A stretch of DNA of 64,000 bases from Blepharisma stoltei ATCC 30299 (lineage: Eukaryota > Protista > Ciliophora): contig CBFDEM010000038.1 in the NCBI GenBank assembly GCA_965603825.1, positions 1-64,000 on the forward strand, given 5' to 3'. A model generated the notes under the pieces. That model saw nothing but the letters and a program-made list of their open reading frames with translations, had not been told where the DNA came from and did no database searches. Position 1 is the first letter of the stretch. Each line of letters starts with the position of its first letter. The translations under genes were made by a program, and so were the position numbers. Positions 47,961 to 60,429 of this stretch are shown piece by piece.

Positions 47961-50900
47961 ATGCTGAGGCTAAGGTTTTTTGCCAAAGGATTCTCTCGCT
48001 CGTTTTCAGAATTTCCAAATCACTACAAAGCAGAAAAAGCTCAGATAGATCTAAAACTTGCAAGTGCTAAAACTTTAGATTCATTTATAAACGATATAGA
48101 CTTGTCCAAAACTTCTCATTCAATGCTTGCATACACACTTGCAAAAGTTTATAAGGAAAATCAAAAAATCGACCCAGAAGCATTAAGAAAGCTTTTCAAA
48201 ATTAGAGATGAAGTTAAAGAGAACATTGCAAAACTTGATTTTCAAGGCATCGCCAATTTTTGTGATTGATATAGTAGTTTAACCACAAAAATATTTCTAG
48301 CAAAAGAGACGAAGAAATTATTAATTGATCGCATAAATAAGTATTTAATTAGTCACTCTTTTGACCGGAAACAAATTTTATCAATCTATGAAAATTTAAC
48401 ACCTGAAGGGTTTAGAATAGAAGAACTAGATAGAGAGATTAAAAAAATTGCGATGAGCAAATTAAATTTGGAAGAAATTTCAAAAATTTTGACCGGATGT
48501 GGAAGATTTATCTATACTTCAAACATAAGTTTATTTTTTGCTTGCATGGAAAGATTATTTCAACTAAATAAAGAAGAGCTTGATGGAAAACACTTAGCCA
48601 AAATTTTAGATGCTTTAGCTATTAAACAGCCTGCAAAAATACATCATTATTTATCAGATTTTGTAAAATTTATTGAAGAAAGCTTATCTAGATGAGAAGA
48701 AAATGACTTATTATCAGTAATCAGGTTCTATAAGTATTACAATTCTGGCTATAGGATTCCATACCAAATCGCACTAAAAAGACTGAATATCTTGCTTAGT
48801 AATGATCAATCCATAGAATTTATAATTGAATTGGCTAGTCTTTTAAAAAATCACCCAATTATTTATTTTATTGCTGATAACATAGCTTTAAAAGGTTTAC
48901 AAATAATTAAGGAAAAACTTTCAAAAGAATCAATAGACTTAGAAAATATAAAAAAAATACTTAGGCTTATAGGCCCGAATATTGATTATCAGACTGCACT
49001 TGCATTAGCAGACCAAATAAATAGTAAAACCCTTTATTTTGAACAAGGCATGGAAATGATTGAAAAAGCATCATGATTATGTGTTAATAAAGAAGGGAAG
49101 CTTTTCCCTTTGGCAAATTTAATTTCAAATGAAATAAACTATAAAAGAATTAAAGATCTTGAGTTTCGTTACAAAATAGATGCATTATTCAGCATTATTC
49201 ATATAAATAATTTTGAGCTATATGGCCTGCAAAAACTAAAAGATTTCCTTATAGATGAACTAAAAGAGTGAATTGCTTTAAGCGGTGACAATATTAAGCT
49301 TTTTATAAATCTTGTTTACGATAAAGAATATAGTTCAAAGTTTTGTAGAGCAATAAAGCCTTTACAAGCCATAGCTTTTTGCTCAATAAAAAAATTATCT
49401 AAGGAATTTGATTGATTACATTATTCGATTATGCTTTATGAGTCTGATCCTGAAAAATGAAAAGACTTTGTGATTGAAAATAAAAATAGCTTTTCATATG
49501 AAGATATATTAAGAGCAATAAGATATTATAAAGGACCTTTTGCGGCAATTATATTTTTGTTGCAAACATATAAAAATAAGTTATTTCCGCAATGGATAGG
49601 TGCAGCCATGGATAGAATTCCTGAAAAGGAAAATGCTCAAGTTCTAAATGATTTTGCTCGTATTCTAAACAAAATAGACCCTCATTATTTAGTATATGAA
49701 GATAGTATCATCACTAGAATGGATAATTTTGGTTATTTTTTTAGGAATTCCGACTTTAGTTTACTGCCAGATTTATTTGATGACGCATATAAATTGATAA
49801 AGGACCTGCCTATTGATTCTGTCTTTAACAATTGAAATATCAAAATACTCAGCCATGTGTCACGGCTTGGCAAGTTAGAACCGGAAATGGCTGATTCTGT
49901 TGTATCTAACTATGCTTATATGAAGGAGCTTGATCAATTACCCATGCTGACTATTGCTTCAAAATGCACTGATTTGGAGCTGAGAAAAAATATAATCAAT
50001 AAAGTTTTCAATGGGAAACACATTCATTTTTTACTTCCTCTCATTATTAAGGCATACTGATGTCATCCAAAAACAGAAGAAGTTGATAATTATATTATCG
50101 ATATATTAAAAAAAATTGTTCCACTTTTAGGAAAAAGTTGTCTCTCAATTCTGGGAAATGTAATTGCCAAACTTCACCAAAAGAATATAAATGAACATTT
50201 AGAGCTATATAATGCAATATCATCCTTATTAAAAGAATTTGTTTTAAATAATGTAGAAAAATTATCATTCGGAGATCTTAATGTATTGCTGCATTTAGCT
50301 CTGATAAATATGCCCATGGATCTTAATTTTGCTCAAATAATATGGCAGAATAGTAAGAATAATAAATTGCCTAGTAATGAGTACAAAAGAGTAGACATTA
50401 TTGAAAAAATAAAAGCAATAGGATTATCTGACAAAAATGCAGTTTTAGCAATTTGTAATAAGCAATATAACTTTAGAGCAGCTTATTTAGCAGAAACTAT
50501 TTCATGTTTGGCAGAATTAAGATTTGAAAATGAGAGTTGGGCTAAGAAAATGGCTAACGGATTAATGGATTATGTGGAAGATAAAAAGATTTCCTTTGAA
50601 AATGATAAAGAGCACATCAACTGGATATATGGGCTTGTTGCTTTTAAAGCAAATAAGTCAGAAATTATGAGACATTTAGAAAACTGTAAATTTTTTGATT
50701 GTGAATTGCCAACTTTTAAGCACTTTTTACTTGAGAATCACTTCAGCATGGACCCAGATTACAAAGGAGTGAGATTTCTCAATCAAGAGATACAAAAATA
50801 TTGGCAGGATTTTGACTATTTTAAGCATTTTGGAATCCATCCGTCACTTATCAGACTTATTGAATCGTCGTTCAATAAGGCCAATCTTGAAATACAAATT

Positions 50901-51119
50901 GGAACATTTTTTGACAAGATTTGGATACCTTTCTACGTTCCAAGCAAAAAGACAGCTTTATGGCCAGTGACAAATTCGGTTCTTTTATATCAATCAAATA
51001 AACTAAGAGGAGAATGTTTTATGTACCGTAACCAAATTCTTAGAAAAGTAAGCAATTTGAAAATGCTTAGTGAAGAAGAGGCGAATAAAATAGATATTCA
51101 GCAATTCCTTAATATTTAA
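47961..51119 (+). CDS. Intact 1052-aa helical protein with putative mitochondrial presequence and C-terminal RAP-like domain
   Basis: Six track ORFs share one frame and join through 8 TGA codons with no TAA/TAG. N-terminus MLRLRFFAKGFSRSFS. The C-terminus IWIPFYVPSKKTALWP...KLRGECFMYRNQIL resembles RAP. The product call is inference; the ORF itself is solid. Confidence 0.85.
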
Positions 51120-52096
51120 TATCAGTTTAGCAATATCTATATTTAATTATTTTCTTAACTGATCAGTGACTTTTGATGACATAGCGGGCATTTGTAATAT
51201 TACTTTATTTCTTTCCAGCCTCATCATTTATTCTTTTCCTTATAATTTCATTTTCTTTCACTCAAAATTTTATTCTATTTCATCTTTTGCTTATCTGAAA
51301 AGGAATTATACTGATAGGGGTGTTTTTCAAATATAATTTTAAAGGAAAGTTTTGAGTTTCAAGAAAAAGAGTAATCGCTCCATAATTGCTATAAATTTGC
51401 TTTATTTTCTTTGAACAAAGTGTATATTTCTATAGTCAATTATGAAATTATTATTGTAAGATTCAATTTTTTAATCTATTAAAGAAATGCTTATAATTTA
51501 CTATAAATCTAAGAACTTATCACTTATGAATGAATTGATTATTTCCAATTACATCTTTTTCTCTTATTATGAGGGTTCTATTTTGTTTTTTTGAATTAAT
51601 GACAACTTTGGTAGTCTATCCAAAATGAATTATTTTAATTTCAGAGCAAGATTTGAGTTGAAATAGTAAACCTATATCATAAAACTGCAATCATATAGTA
51701 GAATATTTTGCACTAAAATATCTAATAAGAGAGAATTGGATAAGCTGTACTCTGTTTAAAGTAGTTGTAAAGCTATTTTTTTTTACTAATCTTAAATTTG
51801 ATAAGCATCACTTAATAAGGACGGATCTTGCTTCTATGTTTCCGAAATTTAGGAAGAGGATTTGATTAATAGTCTATGATAATGCCTAGCTTTTCCATAT
51901 TTGATAGAAAAGAATTATTCCATTTCCATTTTGTAACTCAGAATTCATTGGATCAATCTTAATTGCTTCACCAAAGCATTCTAAAGACTCACAAGCCTTT
52001 CCAATTTCATAATTTTTATTCCTTTGGCTAGTTGCTTACCTAATAATATGAATACAATTAAATTACTTACCATTAAAATTAATATGATTTTTAATA

Positions 52097-53593
52097 ATGG
52101 AAGAAAGCTCAGAAATATGCAGAATGCAACGGTCCAACCCCTCAAGTAAATAGCTCAATCGCTTCTACTATTTCTAATGATAAAATTCAAGCCCCTAATA
52201 GTCAAAGCCCAACTCAAGCAGCTCCTGCCAACTCAGCAGATGCATTTCACACTGATATCCAAATTGAACACCAACAAAACTTAGCTGCCGTTAGCAAAAT
52301 CAGCTCAAATAACTCAGTGCTCCAATTTGATGGTTTACAGTTTCTCAGAATATTACTATCTAAAGTTGATAGCATCTCACTTAGAGACGATGCCATCAAA
52401 ACAGGGATTTGTCAGCATATCATTTCCTTGGGATACCAAAAAGATGACGATAAATTTTTATATGAAGCTACATGACTATTTATAAATATTTTGTCAAGAA
52501 CTTTAGTGCAGAGCTCTTATTTGCTAAAAATTGGTGTGCTACCTTTTTTATTTACAATTTTTGAGAAAAATAATCATCAAATTAAAGAGCAGGTGATTTG
52601 GGCTTTGGGAAACGCTGCTGGAGACTCTGCTGAATGCAAGGATACAATTTAAACCATGAAAAATTCTGGAGTGGAGTTTCATAAGCCTAGCTTGATAAGG
52701 ATGTTGTCATGAGCAGTATCAAATTTCATAAGAAGACAACATCGGCCCGAAGCCAGCAAGGTGGTACCTTTATTTTAATTTCTACAAAGAGTCATTTTGG
52801 AGATTGATGATGTAGAAGCCCTTACAGATACAACCTGGGGATGCTCAGTTCTTACAGAAATAGACAGAAATTTACAAATGTTCCAAAATGAATTACTCTT
52901 CCTAAATTAACTTATTTTTAGCTACGTCATTATAGTGGCTTATTTCATTAAAAAATATAAAGCACTCTATATATCTCTGAATAGTATATTTTTATAGAAA
53001 TTAATTCAGCATCTCCCAGTAATAATGGTTCTTTGCAAAAGCTTTCTCTCCGAACACTTGGCAATATTTATCACCATTGCCAAGTTTATACGAAATTATG
53101 GTCGGACTTGGATTTTTAGAAAAAATTAGCGAATTAATTCTAAGTCCAAAAAACTGTAATAAGAGAAATCTTGTGAATACTGTCAAATATTTGTACAGTA
53201 AATAGAAGCCGTTAAACTGCTATTAGAAATAAAAGTTTATGAGAAATTATTGAAGGCATTAAAAGAAGACCGTAAAGATGCTAAAATTGAAGCATTATGG
53301 CTAATAAGAAATACAACCACAATTTGTGATGAAGATCAAGCTGAGAGTGTTGCCCAAATAGGCTTAATTGGAGAATGATAAGTTTGGTAGATAAAATGAA
53401 AGCGTCACAGAAAATTATGTTAGAAGGGCTGACTGAATATTTCGAAAAAGATGAAAATAATGTAGGAAGTGAGGAAAGAAGTAGGTTGATTGGGGTGTTG
53501 GATAGAATGATTGAGGAAAGTGAAAATTCTGATAAGGTAGTGAGCTTGAGGTCAATGCTGCTTGATATCGATAATAGTGATGAAGATTATTAA
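52097..53593 (+). pseudogene. Importin-alpha-like ARM repeat gene, copy 2, degraded
   Basis: KEQVIWALGNAAGDS and DTTWGCS. Many frameshifts and a TA-bounded insert. Confidence 0.85.
52894..52988. other. TA-bounded IES-like insert (91-93 bp)
   Basis: Absent from the paralog (gaatTAttttta at ~45928). AT-rich. Ends TACTCTTC...GAATAGTA form a 7/8 inverted repeat. Confidence 0.65.
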
Positions 53594-54643
53594 TATATTT
53601 AATCAGATATTAGTTTGGAATAACTATAATAATATCAGCAATGTAAACAATAGGGATCATATTTACAATTATTAAATATGGTTAAAAAAAGATATTGCAA
53701 GCTATTTAATATAACGCAGAGCACTTATACTTAATTTGATGAAAAATTATTATGCATTGCTTTAACTTATTGCTAAATCTATGACTCACCTCATTATCTC
53801 ACGTTTATAATTAATACCTTTGCCTATCTAAATATTAATTTCTTTATAAATTATAGCTCATATTTATTAATTTATACTGATTGAAACGAAAAATTGAAAG
53901 GATTTTGGAAATGGATTTTTCAAATAATTCGTAGAATGAATAAAACTTCTAAGCGAATTAGAAGTTACTTTTAATTAGCTGCTTTAAAAAATTAGCAGGT
54001 TCAAATATTAATAGTTTGATTTAATTTTTAAATATCATCTTGACTTACTTAAATTGTGGAGTTAGCTGCACGAAATGTAGAAATTTGATTAAAATACAAA
54101 AAGAGCTCAATTTATTATGAATATCTTTAATATAATCAAATCTTAACCCTTTATTTGGTGCATCTTCAGGCGTATATTGAATTTAACTATTTTAAATTCA
54201 GTTTTCAGTGCAGCTCATTGCAATAAGTTTATCTTCGGCAATCAGTACTAACTTTTCTCTAAAAATTGGTAATAATAATAAAATCGATTTATATCGAAAT
54301 TTGATAGTCGAAAAATGCTTTAAATAAACGGTAGAGCTTCTAGATCATCTGCTTTTAAAATATAATTTAATTTAGATCACCAAAATATATTGTTTAATAG
54401 CTGAACCTACCTTAATAATAATTTTAAAACCTAGGATTAAATGCATTTTAAATACAAAGGAACTCTTATTCAGTAGGAAATCAAGTAATTATTGCACTAG
54501 ACTCAGCTAATGAAGTAAAAAAAATTTTCCTTGATAATAATGGAGAGCAGCAAGAGTTTAAAAGAGCTTAAAAATATAACAATAGAAAGTGAGTCAAACT
54601 TTCTTAATTCTCAAATGAGCACCATTACTAATGATCTCGATAA

Positions 54644-55579
54644 AAACTCAAAGAAATAGAAAGCAGTTTAAAAATTATAAATACCTTAAGAATTAAGACA
54701 GCTGAGATTTTGAGCAGACCAAACAATCCAGAGTTAGAGATGGATTTCAGAACAACTTATTCAGCATATCAGAACAATTCTAATATCGATGATCAATCGC
54801 TAATTCAAGCTTACCAAGATTATCATAATGCTTATCAGCAAAAGACATGCCTTTATAATATTATACGAGAACACAAGAGATCTATTTTAATTATTTATAA
54901 CACTGAAACTGAAACCCAAGAAATAAAAATCTTGAAGACTTCGCAACCAATAGACCAATGAACTTGCGTAGCTCAACTTCCAAATGGTAAGCTATTCTGT
55001 TTTGATCATCGTCGAGTTTCTGGAATTGCAGTGCTAATTGATATGAATGGCGAAGTCAAAGTGTTGCCATCTGGAACTTCTTGCAAATACTCATCATGCA
55101 TCTATTTCAACAACAGCGTCTATTGCTTTGGAGGATTTTCTAATCGTTTTTTAACTCTATCTAGTAGATTTGATTTATATCAAAATCGATGAATTCAGTT
55201 AGCTCCAATGCCAAAAGCTGATGAAACGTGTAATAGTGTAATATTTAATGGGAATATTTTGATTTCTGGATATAGAAGCAAAAATCTTTTTTTATATTCA
55301 ATCGATATTAACTCTTTCTCGACGATTACTTATGAATTTGGAGCAATCACAAGAAAGGTTCTGATAAGTGCAGAGAGACTGTACTTGATTGAATTCGGTG
55401 GATCAATCTATGAAAGCGAAATTGGAAGTTACATGAATTGGAGACGACTAGTAGACTTAACAATCATAAATCCCAGTCAAGTGTATTGTGTATATAATAA
55501 AGGAGGAATATACGCTGGATTAGACAGAGACCATTACTTCAAGTTTGATTTGAATGAGAAGAAATTGATTGCTTTATAA
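54644..55579 (+). CDS. Kelch-like propeller ORF; domain intact, upstream coiled-coil region degraded
   Basis: Open frame 54644-55579 with TGA=Trp; first ATG at 54740. Linker RPNNPELEMDFR and all blades present. Confidence 0.75.
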
Positions 55580-55847
55580 TAGTCATAAAATGGTTTACTT
55601 AAAATCAATATTTTAATGCTTTAAGTTATTCAGTTTTTATTAACTAAAAGCTATGCCATTATATAAAGTAATATACTCCTAATGTTTTTTCACTCCTTAA
55701 TAAATGCTAATTAAATTTAGTTTTTAAACTACCAATGCTAAATTATTCAGATACATTTCTAATTATATTCAGTTATATGTTTTAGTTCCTTAAATTTGAT
55801 TATCACTGGAATCTAACTATAAATATTTTTTTAGCTTTGCTAAATAA

Positions 55848-58800
55848 ATGATGGTTGCATTTTCTCTGCAATTCTTCTGTGCTCATTTACTGATTTTTAT
55901 TCTTTTTATCAAGCTTTGCAATCCTCTCGAAGTCGTATTGGCCCGTTTTGAATCTTCAAAGAGCAGCCTCAACGCACTTAATGATGCAAGTATTAAAGAA
56001 ATTTATCAATCCTTTTCATCAATTGAGTGACACGAATGCAATATATCTGTGCTAACCAATTGCATTTTGGCTTATCCCAAAAGTTCGATTTTATTAGATA
56101 TTTCGAAGGTTGTTGACATACAATTCAAAATTTCAAAAATTTGCAGCGAACTGTCTTTGGTACACTTGGTCTACCAGGATAAATTTTACTATGAAGATGA
56201 GTGGACTTTCTCTCTTATCCCTCAAAAAAATAAACAATTAGATGCACTTTTGGCGCTTTTAAGCTACTTCAATTGGGCGCAAGGAATTTTTATCTGTGAC
56301 CAGGGCAAGTCTGAGTGAAGAGAAAAAATTTTAGGGTTTTCTTCAGAGTTTGAATGGCTTACAGTTGAATCAGAGAGTAGCATCGAGGATTTAGTTAATG
56401 GAGTTATTTTTCAACTGGGCTCTACGCTTTATTATATTTTAACAGGAACTTCAAAATCAACTCAGATTCTAAACTCTTTAAGTGATAAAAAACTTTTGGA
56501 TACTGGGAATGGAATTGTATTTCTACAAGAAGGCGGTTATAGATGCAATTATGAAGGAGCTTTAATCATAACAGAGGTTGGCCAGGAACTTGCACTTTCT
56601 ATAGAAGAATATTTCAAAAACTCTGCCATAAGAGTTATTGATATTTTAATAAGAAACGAGTTTAGTGATTTCAAAAAACTTCTAAATTCAAATCTCAATG
56701 ATTACCACAATAAAAGCCGACTTTCTATAGTTAATATCCAAGATGGGTTAAGAAAAACAGTCGGGTCGATTCAGAATGGCAATGTAACTATTTTTGGAGA
56801 CTTGATTTTCCCTGGGCATTCGAATTCGACGCCAAAGTCAATCAAAAAGATTTTGCAGTTAAGCATAAGCGCTGGTACAACAAATCCTGGCACACCAGCA
56901 ATTCCAAACGCAGCAGTATATCAAATTGAGAGATTAACTCCATCCCATAATTCCTTTTGCATGCGAAAGTTTAGATTCTTTGGCTATTATTGTTAGAAAA
57001 AATTTAAGAATAAAAAGCAAAGAGTCAATATCATAATCAATAATAGGTGCTCTTGGCAGTTTTGCCGTTAGAGATTTAATCAACGAAGGAAATGACATTT
57101 TATCGCACTTTAATCTAAAGTTTTTTAACTTTGATTGTGGAGTCACTGTATTCAGTGCTTCTTTTGCAGAATCTTGCTTCAGCAGGAACATAGATCAGAT
57201 AGGATTATCTCATATTTCTGCTTTTGGCTCGATTATGACTATCGGATCTATTCAAATATTCAAAAAATTAAATATAACCATTCCAGTTATTGGAGCCACA
57301 AATGCTGACGATTCATTGAGCTCTATAGTAAACTTTCCTACTTATACAAGAGTCCAAATGACTTATTCTTATGTCTGCCCAAAATTTTTAGTCGTGATCA
57401 AGGGATTTGGATGAACATCAGCTGCTGTTTGGAGCATCTTTTTTTGCAAAATAATTTTTTAAAAGCGTTTATAAGTATAGAATAAAAATTAAGCAAACTG
57501 AAATTAAATAGAAATTCTGTGAAAATCTTTATTGCCTAAAATGGTGACAAAATTATTGGAAAATCCTGTATTTTGGGAAAACTAAATAATCTGAGAGAGA
57601 GGTCAAAATTTGTTTATAAAAGATTTTCATATGAATGGCTTTAATAATAAACAAGAAACTTCTAGATAATCTAGCAAATTTAGATAGATTAACTCTGAAG
57701 CGCAAATTTATGAATAATTTAATTTTATTATCTTTAAGTAAAATATTTATTCTTCAAGGGGTAGATAATTTACTATTTTCTATATTTTAGTTGGGTTGCA
57801 CTAATTTTTAAATACCTTACTTATATATATTTAAATCTAGTGTCTTAAAATCTGCATTTATAGACTAAGGCTCTTGATGTAATGTAGCCTAATACTATTA
57901 GCATGAATACATGTGTGAAAGTTTGTTTTTATTTTTGCTGTTTCGCATTTATTTCTATAAGTTTTTCCAAGTATTAACTATTACTATCAAACCTATTTTG
58001 AAATAATTATTTTTTTTAATTTTGCAGTTACCAATTTTCTACCACCAAAATATATTCTCCCGCAGTTTTATATCAAAAGGACTCCTGGGGCTTTACGACA
58101 TACTCCTTAATTAAACAAAATTCAGAAACTAAAGGGTTTAGGCTAGTGAATCCCGAAAAATTTAGACCCATTCCAGCAGGCATAACTAAAATTGGTCTTA
58201 AAAATTATACAAACTCTCTTCAAGAAATTATTGACTCACAAATACGTTTATTATTTTTAGTGACACAATATCCTTTAGGAAACTATATTATGGAAGAATT
58301 ATATGATCTCGGAGTAAGAAAAGGGGATTTAGTTATTGGTGGCTGGTACCAAGACTTGCCTAGTTTCATGCTAATAAATGATACTAATTTGTATAAAAGA
58401 TTGGAAGTTGGAATTCCAATATTTACTCTTGTGGGTGAATTTTGATCGGGAAATCTAGGTCAAGATGCCTTACGCAGAATACTCTCTGATTATCACTCAG
58501 AGCCAAGCGCTTTTTCTTGCTTCTATTCCGATGCTGCTTATCTAGTTGCTAGTGCTTTGGATTATATGATAAATAGAGGGCATGATTATAATGATCCACA
58601 AAAACTAATGGCAGCTATAAGAACTACTCAATTTTACGGTTGCACTGGTAGTGTGAGCATTGAGAAAGGAACTAACGACAGAATTGTAGATAGAATGATT
58701 ATTGAAGGTCTTAAACTCAATTTAGATGGAACTGCTTCAATTTATACAATTGACAATTTTAGACCTTTCAGCTCTCAAGTAATCTCTATTATAAATCCTA

Positions 58801-60038
58801 TAATATATGCCGATGGTTCCACTGAAAAGCCTAGTGAATATAGAGATATAAACAATAGATGCCCATTTCCTAGCAAAAAAATGAAAACTTTTCAGAAAGG
58901 AAGAGGGCTTTTATTTGGAATTTGTTTCGCTTCAGCTTTAATTATGATTGCTATTACATTCTATATTTGGAGGAAATGATGAAATATCTCTGTTGAGCCA
59001 CTACACCAAAAAGAAGAAATATCAATTCAAGACGCCATTATCGCTGCCAGTATTGGAATTGAGTTCTTTCAGTATGCGTCGATGGGGCCAGACTTTAAGC
59101 TGATAAGCCCTTTGCTTTCAGAGCTCAGCGGATTAGTTTCATTGAACTTGGAAGATGTAATAAAGCTGGAAAACGGAGTCTTTTGGGTTGTAGTAGATGT
59201 AGTGTATGGAGGAATAGGACTCTGAATTTTACTTTGTCTTGTTATTCTGCTGCAGCTAGATGAGAAATTTCCATATATTTCGTTGTTCAGATTCTTGAGA
59301 TGGGTTTCGGATTTTTTGATGCCTATTTTAGGAAATCTTTGCTTTATTCCGTTTATTTCAATTTGCTTAGATATTTTTCAATGCGATACATCTATAGGTG
59401 AGAATTTTACTGATAGTATCCTCGCAAAAGATTGCTATTATTTCTGTTGGAAAGGTGAGCATTTAGTATATGCAATTATCTCATTTTTTGCATTATTATT
59501 TTATGAGCCTCTTGCTATTTTTTGTAGGCCGCTTTGACAAGAATTGCAGCCTACATTGCATGTAAAAACTGTGCCGTTGTTTCTGATGGTTAAAACAGTA
59601 GTACAAACCACATTAATTGTCTTAAATGAAACAGTAAAAAGATCTAGCGATATCGCTCATGGACTGATATTTATAATATTTATGATTTTTTATGCAGTAT
59701 TTACTTTCAAATTCAAGCCTTACAATTATTCAAGATTTAGCTGATGGCAAGGTTTAAGCATAATTGGAGTTATTTGACTCGCCATGATATCAATGTCTGG
59801 GTACATTAAAAATGATCAGAATTTATATATTTCATTGTTTGCAGTCCTGCTTTCTGGCTGGTGTGCTATTATAATTATCGGCTTATATATCCAAGCTAAA
59901 AAGTATCCCAGCTTGCTTTTTAGGAAAAAAGGATACGATCCAAGCACTTTATTTAAATTTGCTTTTACCTTTGGCAAAAGCTCAAGAATATCTCTAGAAA
60001 AATTGCAGCAAGCAAGCGGTAAAAGTATCACTTTTTAA
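55848..60038 (+). CDS. Venus-flytrap (ANF-receptor-like) multi-pass membrane receptor, about 1141 aa after removing two inserts
   Basis: Signal-like N-terminus; YFNW, LSSIVNFPTYTRV, GWTSAAV/LYQKDSWG, YSDAAY and FYGCTGSVSI motifs; many TM helices. With TGA=Trp and the two inserts removed there is no other stop or frameshift. Confidence 0.85.
56917..57045. other. TA-bounded IES-like insert (127 bp, or 124 bp using the TA at 57041)
   Basis: TA-to-TA removal restores NAAV-(I)-GALGS in frame. Both ends read TAT inward. A GT-AG splice would frameshift. A homologous insert is at ~61447-61576. Confidence 0.75.
57427..58068. mobile_element. 638-bp non-TA insert (IES- or MITE-like) bounded by a GTTT direct repeat with imperfect GGAG...CTCC inverted ends
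   Basis: Keeping one GTTT restores AAV-LYQKDSWG in frame. The interior is AT-rich and non-coding. GGAGCATCTTTTTT matches the reverse complement GGAGAATATATTTT at 11/14. Confidence 0.7.
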
Positions 60039-60429
60039 AATCATATTTAATTTAATTACGACATTATTTTAAGTTTTCAGGCTTAGTCATCAAGAATTAG
60101 GAAAAATTCTTATTCAGGATGCACGTCTGATGATTTAAGCAGTAATAGAATAAATTGAGTATTGTTCATATGATTTAGTATAGATTTTCTGATAGATATA
60201 TTTAGAAAACAAATTATTTTTTTGCCATGAAAGCATCAAAAACTTTAATTAATTCTTAGAAGAATGTTTAAATTCATAAAATAAATGGTCTCATAAATAT
60301 AGCAAAACATTTTATAATGGTAAACTTTATTTTCATATAGCCCAAATGCATGAGTGCATTTAAACTACAAGGGCAATAGGGGTTTAAGAAGGGAATAAAT
60401 TCAATTGCTAGCCAGAATCAAATTTTCAA

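Larger units (their letters stand above)
50821..54722 (+). repeat. Segmental duplication, copy 2 (partner 43799-47143), with extra segments
   Basis: Colinear with copy 1 apart from extra segments at ~52894-52988, ~53626-54063 and ~54165-54235. Confidence 0.92.

Noticed and set aside
56916-58065. Both receptor inserts begin GT and end AG, like long introns (56916-57046 and 57427-58065)
   Set aside because: Each splice leaves the downstream exon out of frame by one base, and heterotrich introns are 15-16 nt. Direct-repeat deletion restores the frame.
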